Positions 9,979-18,786 of a stretch of DNA of 64,000 nt are shown here, piece after piece. Position 1 is the stretch's first letter. Each line of letters starts with the position of its first letter. This DNA comes from Candidatus Ornithospirochaeta stercorigallinarum. Its GTDB lineage: Bacteria > Spirochaetota > Spirochaetia > Sphaerochaetales > Sphaerochaetaceae. Where the stretch lies: the NCBI GenBank assembly GCA_018711525.1, contig DVIF01000057.1, positions 3,985 to 67,984 on the forward strand, in the 5' to 3' direction. The position numbers and the translations under genes are program-made. The notes beneath the pieces were generated by a model that had not been told where the DNA came from, did no database searches, and was given only the letters and a program-made list of their open reading frames with translations.

Positions 9979-10016
9979 GCACTCATTATAAGAAAAACAA
10001 TGTTTTTTAGAAAGAA

Positions 10017-11807
10017 TTAATCCTTCTTCCCCTCTTTTTTCTTTTTCGGATACAGGAATCTCTTTATCTTCTGGGTCGGAGTTCTCTCAAACGGCTCCTT
10101 CTGAAGCTCAGTCTCACTGATCCTCGAGTATGCACTCAGCTGCGCGTTCACCGTCTTCCTTATCTCCTTTACATATTTCTCAGCTTCCTTCCTTGCACTA
10201 TCGATGTCTATCTTGAGCTTTTTGCTCATCAGTTCGATATCTATCTTTATAAGTGCCAGAAGTCCACCATTCGAAGGCACGACGAGGCTCTCCTCGACGA
10301 ATTCCTGGGCGTTTATGAGGTTCTCGATCGGCTCAGGATAGATGTTCTCACCGGCAGGACCGAGAATCATGGTCTTGCATCTGCCCTTGATGGAAAGGAA
10401 CCCTTTTTTATCCATGTAGCCGAGGTCTCCTGTCCTGAAATACCCATCCGAGGTGAAGACCTCGCTGTTCAGATCATCCCTAAGATAGTATCCCTGCATG
10501 ACATTCGGCCCTTTCACGAGGATCTCCCCGACCCCTTCGGAATTCTTATCGTCAAGTATGACATCATCATCCTCGACGACCTTTCCTACGAATGAGAGCT
10601 TATGCATGCTCTTCTTCGGGCCGCAGCCTGCAATAAGAGGACTCGTCTCTGTCAGACCATATCCGATTGCATACGGAAAAGCTGCGCGGTAGAGGAAGTA
10701 CTCGACCTCGCCATCCAGCGGTGCACCTCCGATTCCGAAGAACTTGAGCCTGTGACCGAATGTGGAGAGGATCTTCCTTCCTATGACCTTGTAGACGAAA
10801 CTTCCGAGTACAGGGTATTTTAGGAGCTTCTTGATCTTCTCATTGCCCGTGATGACAGGTACTACTGCAGAGCGGTAGACCTTTTCAATGAGAAGAGGGA
10901 CTGTGAGCATGATATGGGGCCTGACCTCAGAGAGGGCCGGCAGAAGGATGGAAACCGCTGGTGGTTTCCCGAGGAATGTAATCTCAACACCTTGCAGAAG
11001 AGGAAGGACCTGTCCGATTGTGAACTCATAGACATGGCTCATCGGCAGGATGGAGAGGGCCTTATCCCCCGGGTTGACCTTCACATAGACATCGGTATTG
11101 AGATCTGCGCATCTGAGGATGTTGAAATGTGTGAGCATGACACCTTTGCTGGAGCCTGTAGTGCCGCTGGTATATATGATGGAGGCAAGGTCATCCTCCT
11201 TGGGTTTATTCTGGTCGAGAACCCCCTGCTCTATCTTGGTGTTGATGATGCTGATTCCAGGGGTGAGTGTGAAATGCTTCTCATCCTCTATTACGATGTT
11301 CTTCGGAATATGGAAGAGGTCCTCGATCCTGAAAAGCTCTAGATCGTTCTCCTCCACACTGCTCTTGATCTTCGCATACTGCTTCTGATTGAGGAAGACA
11401 GCCTTCGCTTGGCTGTGCTTTAGGATGCCGTCGGCTTCAAGCAGGGAGAAATCGGGAAGAATCGGGACGGCGACAATCGAGACGGAGGCAAGTGCTACGT
11501 ATGCAACCATCCAGTTAGGACAGCTTTCCGCCATGATGGCAACCTTATCTCCTTTCTTAAGTCCCATTTTCAACAGGTATGTGGCAGCTGCCCTCACATT
11601 GTGTGCGAACTGCCCATAGGTGAGGCTTTCATCACTGCGGAAAACACTGTACATCGTTCTTTTTGAGAATCTCGATTCGATGACCTCATAGAAATTGCGG
11701 AATGTGTACTCGCTCATGAATTTCATGCGGTATCCATCATCCCGCCTGACCTTCCTGCAGACCTTTGCGCTTATGACCTTCTTCTTCTCATTTTTCTTCC
11801 TACTCAT
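10017..11807 (-). CDS. Long-chain-fatty-acid--CoA ligase (AMP-binding family)
   Basis: AMP-binding motifs YTSGTTGSSKGV, GYGLTETS and TGDLGYMD. The Lys-rich N- and C-termini leave the start uncertain (internal Met at MKFMSEY is possible). Confidence 0.8.
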   Translation of the reverse strand: MSRKKNEKKKVISAKVCRKVRRDDGYRMKFMSEYTFRNFYEVIESRFSKRTMYSVFRSDESLTYGQFAHNVRAAATYLLKMGLKKGDKVAIMAESCPNWMVAYVALASVSIVAVPILPDFSLLEADGILKHSQAKAVFLNQKQYAKIKSSVEENDLELFRIEDLFHIPKNIVIEDEKHFTLTPGISIINTKIEQGVLDQNKPKEDDLASIIYTSGTTGSSKGVMLTHFNILRCADLNTDVYVKVNPGDKALSILPMSHVYEFTIGQVLPLLQGVEITFLGKPPAVSILLPALSEVRPHIMLTVPLLIEKVYRSAVVPVITGNEKIKKLLKYPVLGSFVYKVIGRKILSTFGHRLKFFGIGGAPLDGEVEYFLYRAAFPYAIGYGLTETSPLIAGCGPKKSMHKLSFVGKVVEDDDVILDDKNSEGVGEILVKGPNVMQGYYLRDDLNSEVFTSDGYFRTGDLGYMDKKGFLSIKGRCKTMILGPAGENIYPEPIENLINAQEFVEESLVVPSNGGLLALIKIDIELMSKKLKIDIDSARKEAEKYVKEIRKTVNAQLSAYSRISETELQKEPFERTPTQKIKRFLYPKKKKEGKKD

Positions 11808-12576
11808 CTATAAAACCCTCATAGCTTTCACCCCTTTCACAGACAGTGAGGAAGATTCCACTTCTAAGGGAAGCGGAGGAGACCCTCCTTGCACATTCGG
11901 GGGTGTTGTTGTTATCACTCAGGTGGATGAGATATACCTGTGACCTGAGTTTTGCATGCTGCTTGAGAAAGAAAGCAGCCTCATCATTGCTTAAATGCCC
12001 ATAGCCGCCGGATATCCTTGCCTGCAGCTTCCTGGGGTACGGACCGTTTTTCAGCATTTCCCTGTCATAGTTGCTTTCCACAAAGAGCACATCCGCATCT
12101 TCGGCTCCTTGATGGGCATCATATGGAATCTGCCCGGTGTCTGTCATAAGGAAGATCTTCCTGCCATGGTTCTCTATTACATAGAAGGAACTTCCCGGAC
12201 AGTCATGGTACGACCTGAACGCACTGATTTTGAAATCATTGACCTCGATGCTCTCACCATGATGGAATGTTCTTATGGATTGGATGTCTATCTTCTCCTT
12301 CCTGATTATGCTCTCACTCATGGAAAGGGATACATCGGAAAGATAGACAGGGATTGCCAGCTTTCTCTGTGTGGCTCCGACCCCTTTGCTGTGGTCGGGA
12401 TGAAGATGTGTCAGGAACAAGGCCCTCACAGATTGGATCGGGATATCATGGGAATCCAGACGCTTGGAAAAACCGGTGTATGTAAGCCCCTGGTCGATGA
12501 CAATGGTATCCCTGCCATCATAGAAAGCATAGCTGTTACCGCAACTTCCAGAAGAAAGCACAAGAAAATGAATCAA
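11800..12576 (-). CDS. MBL-fold metallo-hydrolase
   Basis: 258 aa with the THLHPDHSKG (HxHxDH) motif. Its stop overlaps the downstream acyl-CoA ligase start by 8 nt. Confidence 0.75.
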   Translation of the reverse strand: MIHFLVLSSGSCGNSYAFYDGRDTIVIDQGLTYTGFSKRLDSHDIPIQSVRALFLTHLHPDHSKGVGATQRKLAIPVYLSDVSLSMSESIIRKEKIDIQSIRTFHHGESIEVNDFKISAFRSYHDCPGSSFYVIENHGRKIFLMTDTGQIPYDAHQGAEDADVLFVESNYDREMLKNGPYPRKLQARISGGYGHLSNDEAAFFLKQHAKLRSQVYLIHLSDNNNTPECARRVSSASLRSGIFLTVCERGESYEGFIDE

Positions 12577-12770
12577 ACAAATCCTCCCCTATATCTATAT
12601 GATTTTAGACAAGAGAGGGATAATTCTCAACAAATAAAATGGGAAAAAGGAGACAAATGGATATTAATCATTATGCTATGCCATATAGTTAATCATTACC
12701 ATCAACGCTCATATTGACCGAAGAATGAAGTAATGATAAATTTTTTCAAAATGTTTTTAGGAGATTATAG

Positions 12771-14156
12771 ATGAACGAGAGAATCAAAACCATCCGAGAC
12801 AGGATCCCCGGAGAGGAAGTGATTACCGCAGAAGGATGGGTACGTACAAAACGAGATGGAAAGAACGTTTGTTTTTTAGAGATCAATGACGGCTCATGCC
12901 TCAAGGGATTGCAGGCAGTAATAGACAAGAATACGTTTACCGACAATAATCTCCTTGACCAGATAACGACGGGAGCCGCAGTCAAGGCAACGGGAAAGAT
13001 TGTGAAAAGCCAGGGAGGGGAACAGGGGGTGGAGCTCAGCGTCGAGAGTCTTGAGCTTGTCGGTCCATGTCCAGCAGACTACCCTCTTCAGAAAAAAAGA
13101 CATACTGTTGAATTCCTCAGGGAGAAGGCACACCTCAGACCGAGGACGAATCTTTTCGGAGCCGTCACAAGGGTAAGGAACACAATGGCATATGCAATCC
13201 ACTCGTTCTTCCAGGAGAACGGGTTCGTGTATGTCAACACACCTCTTATCACGGCAAGCGACTGTGAAGGGGCCGGAGAGATGTTCCAGGTAACAACCCT
13301 CGACCTTGAGAATCCGCCGAGGACGGAAGATGGCAGAATCGATTACGCAAAGGATTTCTTCGGCCGCATGGCAAAGCTCACCGTTTCAGGGCAGCTCAAC
13401 GGAGAGACCTATGCGATGGCGATGAAGAACATCTATACGTTCGGACCTACATTCCGTGCAGAGAACAGCAATACAGCCCGTCACCTTGCAGAGTTCTGGA
13501 TGGTTGAACCTGAGATGGCATTCTGCGACCTCTATGGGGACATGGAAGTGGCTGAGAGCTTCCTTAAGTATGTCTTCAAGGCTGTTCTCGACAAGAACGG
13601 AGAGGACATGGCATTCTTCGATAATTTCGTGGAAAAAGGTGTGGTATCAACACTTGAGCATGTCATCAACTCTCCTTTCGAGCATATGACCTATACAGAT
13701 GCCATAAAGCTCCTGGAAAAAGAGAACTCACGTTTTGATTTCCCTGTCCACTGGGGTTCTGATATCCAGAGCGAGCACGAAAGATATCTGACAGAGGTCA
13801 TTGCAAAGCGTCCTGTGATAGTCACAGACTACCCCAAGGAGATCAAGGCCTTCTATATGAAGATGAATGAGGACGGAAAGACCGTCAGAGGCATGGATGT
13901 CCTTGCTCCACGCCTTGGAGAGATCATCGGAGGGAGCGAAAGGGAATACCGCTACGATGTTCTTGTAGAGAGGATGAAGGAGCTTGGGCTGAGGACGGAG
14001 GACTACTGGTGGTATCTCGAGCTCAGGAAATTCGGAAGTACTCCACACGCAGGATTCGGTCTTGGATTCGAACGTGCCGTACAGTATGTTACAGGAGTTG
14101 CGAACATCAGGGACGTAATTCCTTATCCAAGATATGCGAAGAACGCAGATTTCTAA
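12771..14156 (+). CDS. asnS: Asparagine--tRNA ligase
   Basis: 461 aa with an N-terminal OB anticodon-binding region, class IIb motifs and a GFGLGFERAVQYVTGVANIRDVIPYPR C-terminus. Confidence 0.92.
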   Translation: MNERIKTIRDRIPGEEVITAEGWVRTKRDGKNVCFLEINDGSCLKGLQAVIDKNTFTDNNLLDQITTGAAVKATGKIVKSQGGEQGVELSVESLELVGPCPADYPLQKKRHTVEFLREKAHLRPRTNLFGAVTRVRNTMAYAIHSFFQENGFVYVNTPLITASDCEGAGEMFQVTTLDLENPPRTEDGRIDYAKDFFGRMAKLTVSGQLNGETYAMAMKNIYTFGPTFRAENSNTARHLAEFWMVEPEMAFCDLYGDMEVAESFLKYVFKAVLDKNGEDMAFFDNFVEKGVVSTLEHVINSPFEHMTYTDAIKLLEKENSRFDFPVHWGSDIQSEHERYLTEVIAKRPVIVTDYPKEIKAFYMKMNEDGKTVRGMDVLAPRLGEIIGGSEREYRYDVLVERMKELGLRTEDYWWYLELRKFGSTPHAGFGLGFERAVQYVTGVANIRDVIPYPRYAKNADF

Positions 14157-14167
14157 ATGATGAGATT

Positions 14168-14205
14168 AAAAGAGGCTATCGCGTGATGATAGCCTCTTTC
14201 ATTTT
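14168..14205. terminator. Bidirectional terminator between convergent asnS and the lipoprotein gene
   Basis: Perfect 10-bp stem agaggctatc/gatagcctct (14171-14180 / 14188-14197), flanked by A-rich sequence on the left and T-rich on the right. Confidence 0.7.
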
Positions 14206-14228
14206 CCAAGAAGATGTCCTCATCTGAA

Positions 14229-14849
14229 TCAGAAAAGACTGTCGATGAAGTTGTTTACAAGCCTGTCCCCATATCTTCCAGCTCTTTCCGCAGCTTTTTC
14301 CGATGATGACTGGTAACCCTCTATGACATTTGCAAGATTGGTCCTTTTGAGAATGTACACAGTGCCATCAGGTCCCTGTACATAGCCGCAGTCCTCAAGT
14401 CCTGAAAGAGCTGCACTTACTTCGGTTGCAGTGAATGTGCTTGAAGAACCTCCCTGGCTCCTTCCAGCATATGAGCTTGAATAATCTGTAGTCGACCTGC
14501 TCACTGTTGAGGAAGAGACTGCGGTGTTCATATAAGCAGAGACGGCTGAGGTTATCATGGCATTGGCAGTCTCTGTCGATGCTATGTAATCAATCGCCCC
14601 AGTGGTATCTGTTATCTTTCCAAACCCTGCCGCATAGAGATAATCCCCCTCTTCTATCGCACTGTTCGGGACTACCCTGGTTCCATTTGGAAGGATGAAT
14701 GTCCCGGGCATTCCGCCAGGGTTGCCAGGAAGGATGCAGCTCGTAAGATACATCTTCGCATCCCCGCTGGTATCGGAGGTGGAGGAACATGCGCTGAACA
14801 ATACAAGCATTGCCATAAGAGCAATACAAACGATGAATACTTTTCTCAT
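14229..14849 (-). CDS. Putative lipoprotein, function unknown
   Basis: 206 aa with signal peptide plus lipobox-like LFSAC. The mature part is Ser/Thr/Gly-rich. Confidence 0.55.
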   Translation of the reverse strand: MRKVFIVCIALMAMLVLFSACSSTSDTSGDAKMYLTSCILPGNPGGMPGTFILPNGTRVVPNSAIEEGDYLYAAGFGKITDTTGAIDYIASTETANAMITSAVSAYMNTAVSSSTVSRSTTDYSSSYAGRSQGGSSSTFTATEVSAALSGLEDCGYVQGPDGTVYILKRTNLANVIEGYQSSSEKAAERAGRYGDRLVNNFIDSLF

Positions 14850-15277
14850 AGTTAACTCCTTTAAGAGGATTCTACCCCCCCCATTTTATAAATGTCAACA
14901 AAATTTCCTCCTTCTTAGCACATTTTATGTATTCTGAAAAAGAAATGTATGTTGTAAAATCCTGGTCTTTCATTCTAAATATATGAAATACGAGTTCCAG
15001 ACTATTCTTTTCTAACACCTTTTCTTTTGAACTTATTACAAATCATGTAATTATTTTTTTCTTATTCGTTCACTTTATTTTCTTCTTGCACTAAGAAAGC
15101 TAAATGAGTAGAATTCAAGTATAGAAGCTGGCATTCCTTATATGGAAATTACATTATTCCTTTTATAGCTTGTTTTTAGAAGCTTTTATGTAATTGTTCT
15201 CAGCTTTTATTGAACCGACCTGGCTGCGGTAATGCCATACTACCCCAGAAATCCAAATCAGCCGTAGCTGGGCGGTC

Positions 15278-15805
15278 TTATATTTTTTTTGATATCAAAG
15301 CATCGAAAGAGTTTGAGAACTTCTGATAATCCTTTTCCTTGAGGCTTTTCTGATTCAGATCGTTTATGCCCATCTCCCTGAAGGATTTCATATACTCCCT
15401 TTCCGATACCCTCTCCCTGATATTTTCCCTTGTGTAGATGTTCCCCCTGTCATCGATGGCAACAGCACCCTTTTCTATCGCCCTCTCGCTAAGGCCGACA
15501 TCGTGCGAGATTACGATATCACCCTCCTCTATCATCTGGACGATCGTATTGTCGGCACTGTCCGTACCACTCTCAACGATGAGCATTGAAATACTTGACC
15601 TGATCTTCCTAAGCTCCGTCTTATCCAGCGTGTTCCTCAGAGGAAGGCGGAGCGATGCCGTATGCTCCTCGATCATGCAGCATACATCCTTAAGATTCCT
15701 GTCTGCGACAAAGATCGTCCTCATATTCTCTTTCATCGCCCTCTGAAGAATTATCCTACGTAGTCTGATAGGAAGGCTGTCTGCATCAACAAATAGGGTA
15801 AACAT
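15278..15805 (-). CDS. YaiI/YqxD family protein (DUF188)
   Basis: MFTLFVDADSLPIRLRRIILQRA matches the conserved N-terminus of UPF0178. I start at the internal ATG at 15805 rather than the track start at 15838. Confidence 0.7.
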   Translation of the reverse strand: MFTLFVDADSLPIRLRRIILQRAMKENMRTIFVADRNLKDVCCMIEEHTASLRLPLRNTLDKTELRKIRSSISMLIVESGTDSADNTIVQMIEEGDIVISHDVGLSERAIEKGAVAIDDRGNIYTRENIRERVSEREYMKSFREMGINDLNQKSLKEKDYQKFSNSFDALISKKI

Positions 15806-15918
15806 ATCTAGAGATAAACATAATTCCTCGATTTGCACAATAATGGAAACCCGCTGTTTTGAATGTTGCCTTTGGACAAGCTAATAAGATAGAATAGGCA
15901 TGAAAAGAGGAGGAAACG

Positions 15919-17577
15919 ATGGATTTATCACCACTTCAGATTGCACGCTATGACTATCAGCCGAAACTTCCCTTGATTCTGAAAGACGACATCTCAGAGA
16001 TCAAGGCTGTCGAAGGGGAAGCAACAGAATCGGTAAGCGACCAGGATAAGATAAAAGCTCTCTTTCCCAACACGTATGGGATGAGGGAGGTGACTTTCAG
16101 CAAGGGTGCAAACCATGCAAAGGACAAAAAGCTCACAGTCGGAGTCATTCTCTCAGGAGGACAGGCCCCTGGTGGACATAATGTCATCACAGGACTTTAT
16201 GACGCACTCAAGAAGGCCAGGAAGGACAATGTCCTTCTTGGTTTCAAGAACGGTCCCTCAGGACTGCTGAACGACGACTACATCGAATTCAGTGATGAGT
16301 ATATCAATGAATTCAGGAACACAGGTGGATTCGACATAATCGGAAGCGGAAGGACAAAGCTTGAGACTGAGGAGCAGTTCGAAGTCGCCCAGGCTGTCGC
16401 CGAGAAGCATGACCTCGATGCCGTAGTAATCATCGGAGGAGATGACTCCAATACGAACGCTGCTGTTCTTGCCGAGTATTTCAAAGCCCATGGATCGAAA
16501 GTCCAGGTTATCGGATGCCCGAAGACAATAGACGGGGACCTTAAGAACGATGTGATTGAAATATCATTCGGTTTCGATACTGCGACAAAGACGTATTCCG
16601 AGCTGATCGGAAACATCGAGCGCGATGCGAATAGTGCGAAGAAATACTGGCACTTCGTACGTGTCATGGGAAGGAGTGCAAGCCATATAGCACTTGAATG
16701 CGCCCTTGAGACACAGCCGAACATCTGCTTCATCTCTGAAGAGGTGGAGGAAAAGAAGATGAGCCTTTCAGATATCGCAGACCAGATTGTCAGCAGTGTT
16801 GTCAGGAGAAGTGAGAACGGTGAGAACTTCGGAGTTGCAATCATCCCTGAGGGTCTAATCGAATTCGTACCTGAGGTCAAGAAGCTCATCTCGGAATTAA
16901 ATGATGTCATGGCTCTGAATGAAGAGGAGTTCAATGCCCTTTCGGAATGGGAGGACAAATATTCCTTCATGGAGAGAAAGCTCACAAAGGAGAGCTTCAA
17001 CGTATTCTCCATACTGCCATTGGACATCGAGAAGCAGCTTCTCATGGACAGAGATCCGCATGGAAACGTACAGGTGTCGAGGATTGAGACAGAAAAGCTT
17101 CTGATCAGCATTGTAGAGACAAAGCTCAAAGCCCTGAAGGCAGAGGGAAAGTACAAAGGTAAGTTCAGTGCCCTGAACCATTTCTTCGGATACGAGGGAA
17201 GATGTGCATTCCCTTCCAATTTCGATGCAGACTACTGCTACAGCCTCGGCTATAATGCATTCATGCTCATCAGCTACGGCTATACAGGATATCTATCGAC
17301 AATCACGAACCTCTCCAAGCCTGCAACAGAATGGAAGGCTGGAGGAATGCCGATTACGAAGATGATGAATCTCGAGCAGAGGCATGGAAAGCAGAAGCCT
17401 GTAATAAGGAAGGCCCTTGTAGAGCTCGATGGAAAGCCGTTCAAATACTTTGAGGAAAGAAGGGATGAATGGGCTCTGAAGACCTCATACACCTACCCTG
17501 GCGCCATCCAGTACTACGGACCGGCAAGTGTCTGCGACATCACAACAAGGACTCTTGCACTTGAGCAGGGAAAATAA
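15919..17577 (+). CDS. pfp: Diphosphate--fructose-6-phosphate 1-phosphotransferase (PPi-dependent PFK)
   Basis: 552 aa. GGDDS replaces the GGDGS of ATP-PFK, and PKTIDGD replaces PGTIDND. Both are known PPi-specificity signatures. Confidence 0.92.
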   Translation: MDLSPLQIARYDYQPKLPLILKDDISEIKAVEGEATESVSDQDKIKALFPNTYGMREVTFSKGANHAKDKKLTVGVILSGGQAPGGHNVITGLYDALKKARKDNVLLGFKNGPSGLLNDDYIEFSDEYINEFRNTGGFDIIGSGRTKLETEEQFEVAQAVAEKHDLDAVVIIGGDDSNTNAAVLAEYFKAHGSKVQVIGCPKTIDGDLKNDVIEISFGFDTATKTYSELIGNIERDANSAKKYWHFVRVMGRSASHIALECALETQPNICFISEEVEEKKMSLSDIADQIVSSVVRRSENGENFGVAIIPEGLIEFVPEVKKLISELNDVMALNEEEFNALSEWEDKYSFMERKLTKESFNVFSILPLDIEKQLLMDRDPHGNVQVSRIETEKLLISIVETKLKALKAEGKYKGKFSALNHFFGYEGRCAFPSNFDADYCYSLGYNAFMLISYGYTGYLSTITNLSKPATEWKAGGMPITKMMNLEQRHGKQKPVIRKALVELDGKPFKYFEERRDEWALKTSYTYPGAIQYYGPASVCDITTRTLALEQGK

Positions 17578-17600
17578 GTCATCAGAAATGAAAACGCACG

Positions 17601-17630
17601 AAAAACTCTCCCGAGCTTGGGAGAGTTTTT
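17601..17630. terminator. Terminator after pfp, probably bidirectional
   Basis: Stem actctccc/gggagagt (17605-17612 / 17619-17626) with an A-run before and a T-run after. Confidence 0.8.
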
Positions 17631-17648
17631 AGTCTGTTCGACGATCAA

Positions 17649-18317
17649 TCAATAAAGGTATGCAATACCTACATAGCCTTCGACCGCCAAATCAGGGCAG
17701 AGAATCGAACCTGGGGCCATTCCAGCTCCGGCCGATGTCTCATGACCATTCCTGTAGCCGGTAGCAGTATAGGAATCCAGAACAGTGTATGAAATATTCA
17801 CACCACCTCTAAGCGCCCATGCATCTGAATACCTCCAGATTATGCCGACATTCCCGATTATGTCGAGTACAGACCTCAGATACTTCAGCTCATAATCGTA
17901 ATAGGAATCCTCTCCATCAAACATCTCAGCATTTCCCATTCCGAATCCAAATGCAACACCTACTCCGCTTTCAAGTGAGAGCTCATCAGTAAAGTCATAT
18001 TTGAAGTTGAACATCAATGCCGGATAGATTTCCCACGTGATGAAATTCGTTATCGCATGACCATTTGATGCGATATACAGCGGGAAATTGAAGTCGATGT
18101 TCAAGGACATACCCCAGTTTGCACTCTCTCCAAAATATGTGGCCATATCCACACCAAATCCGAGATAGCCTTCGCTGAAGTCCTTCTTCACGTTTTCATA
18201 CTCTTCAAATCCGAAATCGAACTTGGAATTGATACTTGCACCGATGTAGCTTTCAGATGCGAAGAGTGCTGTAGAGAGCATACAGGCAAGAAGTACGGTT
18301 GCAATCAGTTTTTTCAT
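17649..18317 (-). CDS. Outer-membrane beta-barrel protein (porin-family, tentative)
   Basis: Signal peptide MKKLIATVLLACMLSTALFA. It has an alternating aromatic/Gly-rich beta-strand pattern and a C-terminal aromatic residue. Start placed at ATG 18317 with AAGGTG upstream. Confidence 0.55.
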   Translation of the reverse strand: MKKLIATVLLACMLSTALFASESYIGASINSKFDFGFEEYENVKKDFSEGYLGFGVDMATYFGESANWGMSLNIDFNFPLYIASNGHAITNFITWEIYPALMFNFKYDFTDELSLESGVGVAFGFGMGNAEMFDGEDSYYDYELKYLRSVLDIIGNVGIIWRYSDAWALRGGVNISYTVLDSYTATGYRNGHETSAGAGMAPGSILCPDLAVEGYVGIAYLY

Positions 18318-18402
18318 TTTACACACCTTAAAAGTAATATTTCTTTAAGTACAGGTTTTACACTAATAGTAAGAATAAAATCAAGATTAAATATTTATTT
18401 TA

Positions 18403-18431
18403 GAAAAAAGGAGACGATAGGATACGTCTCC
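18403..18431 (-). terminator. Intrinsic terminator after yhbY
   Basis: Minus strand ggagacgtatcctatcgtctcc followed by tttttt. Confidence 0.8.
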
Positions 18432-18447
18432 TGCAATCATAAATGAA

Positions 18448-18741
18448 TCAGATCTTATAGATTCTTTCAGGATCCTTTGCATCCTGACGGAAAAATACGG
18501 CTGTAAAGCCTGTCGTTGCAACCAATGTCGATCCCGTCTTCTCCTCAAGGTATCTTGAGAGGGAATCGACCTCATCCTTGAAAGAATGAAAACGTACCTT
18601 GACCAGCTCATGTGCCGTCAAGGCATCATCCAACGCCTTTACGACATTGTCGCTGGCACCTTCCTTTCCTACACTGACAACAGGGTCGAGTCCTTGCGCA
18701 TGTGAGCGAAGGAATGCCCTTTGATAACTCTTCAATTCCAT
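18448..18741 (-). CDS. yhbY: YhbY-family (CRM domain) ribosome-assembly RNA-binding protein
   Basis: 97 aa with LRSHAQGLDPVVSVGKEG...VKALDDALTAHELVKV, typical of YhbY. Confidence 0.8.
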   Translation of the reverse strand: MELKSYQRAFLRSHAQGLDPVVSVGKEGASDNVVKALDDALTAHELVKVRFHSFKDEVDSLSRYLEEKTGSTLVATTGFTAVFFRQDAKDPERIYKI

Positions 18742-18786
18742 ACTTAAAATCTACAATAGAGATTTGAAATAGTCAAATGACCGCGA

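Noticed and set aside
12664-12698. Direct repeat TTAATCATTA x2 (25-bp period) between the MBL gene and asnS, and a search for a T-box leader before asnS
   Set aside because: Two short AT-rich repeats are within chance expectation. I found no T-box sequence, specifier-loop architecture or terminator/antiterminator in 12577-12770.
16278-17219. 313-aa ORF antisense to pfp
   Set aside because: It is a Ser/Phe-rich mirror of a highly conserved glycolytic gene, with no start context. The same reasoning applies to 38445..39251 and 39495..40421 (antisense to hppA), 22505..23596 (antisense to the histidine kinase), 20601..21347 and 21534..22136 (antisense to ligase 2), 18937..19530 (antisense to ligase 1) and 11995..12717 (antisense to the MBL gene).
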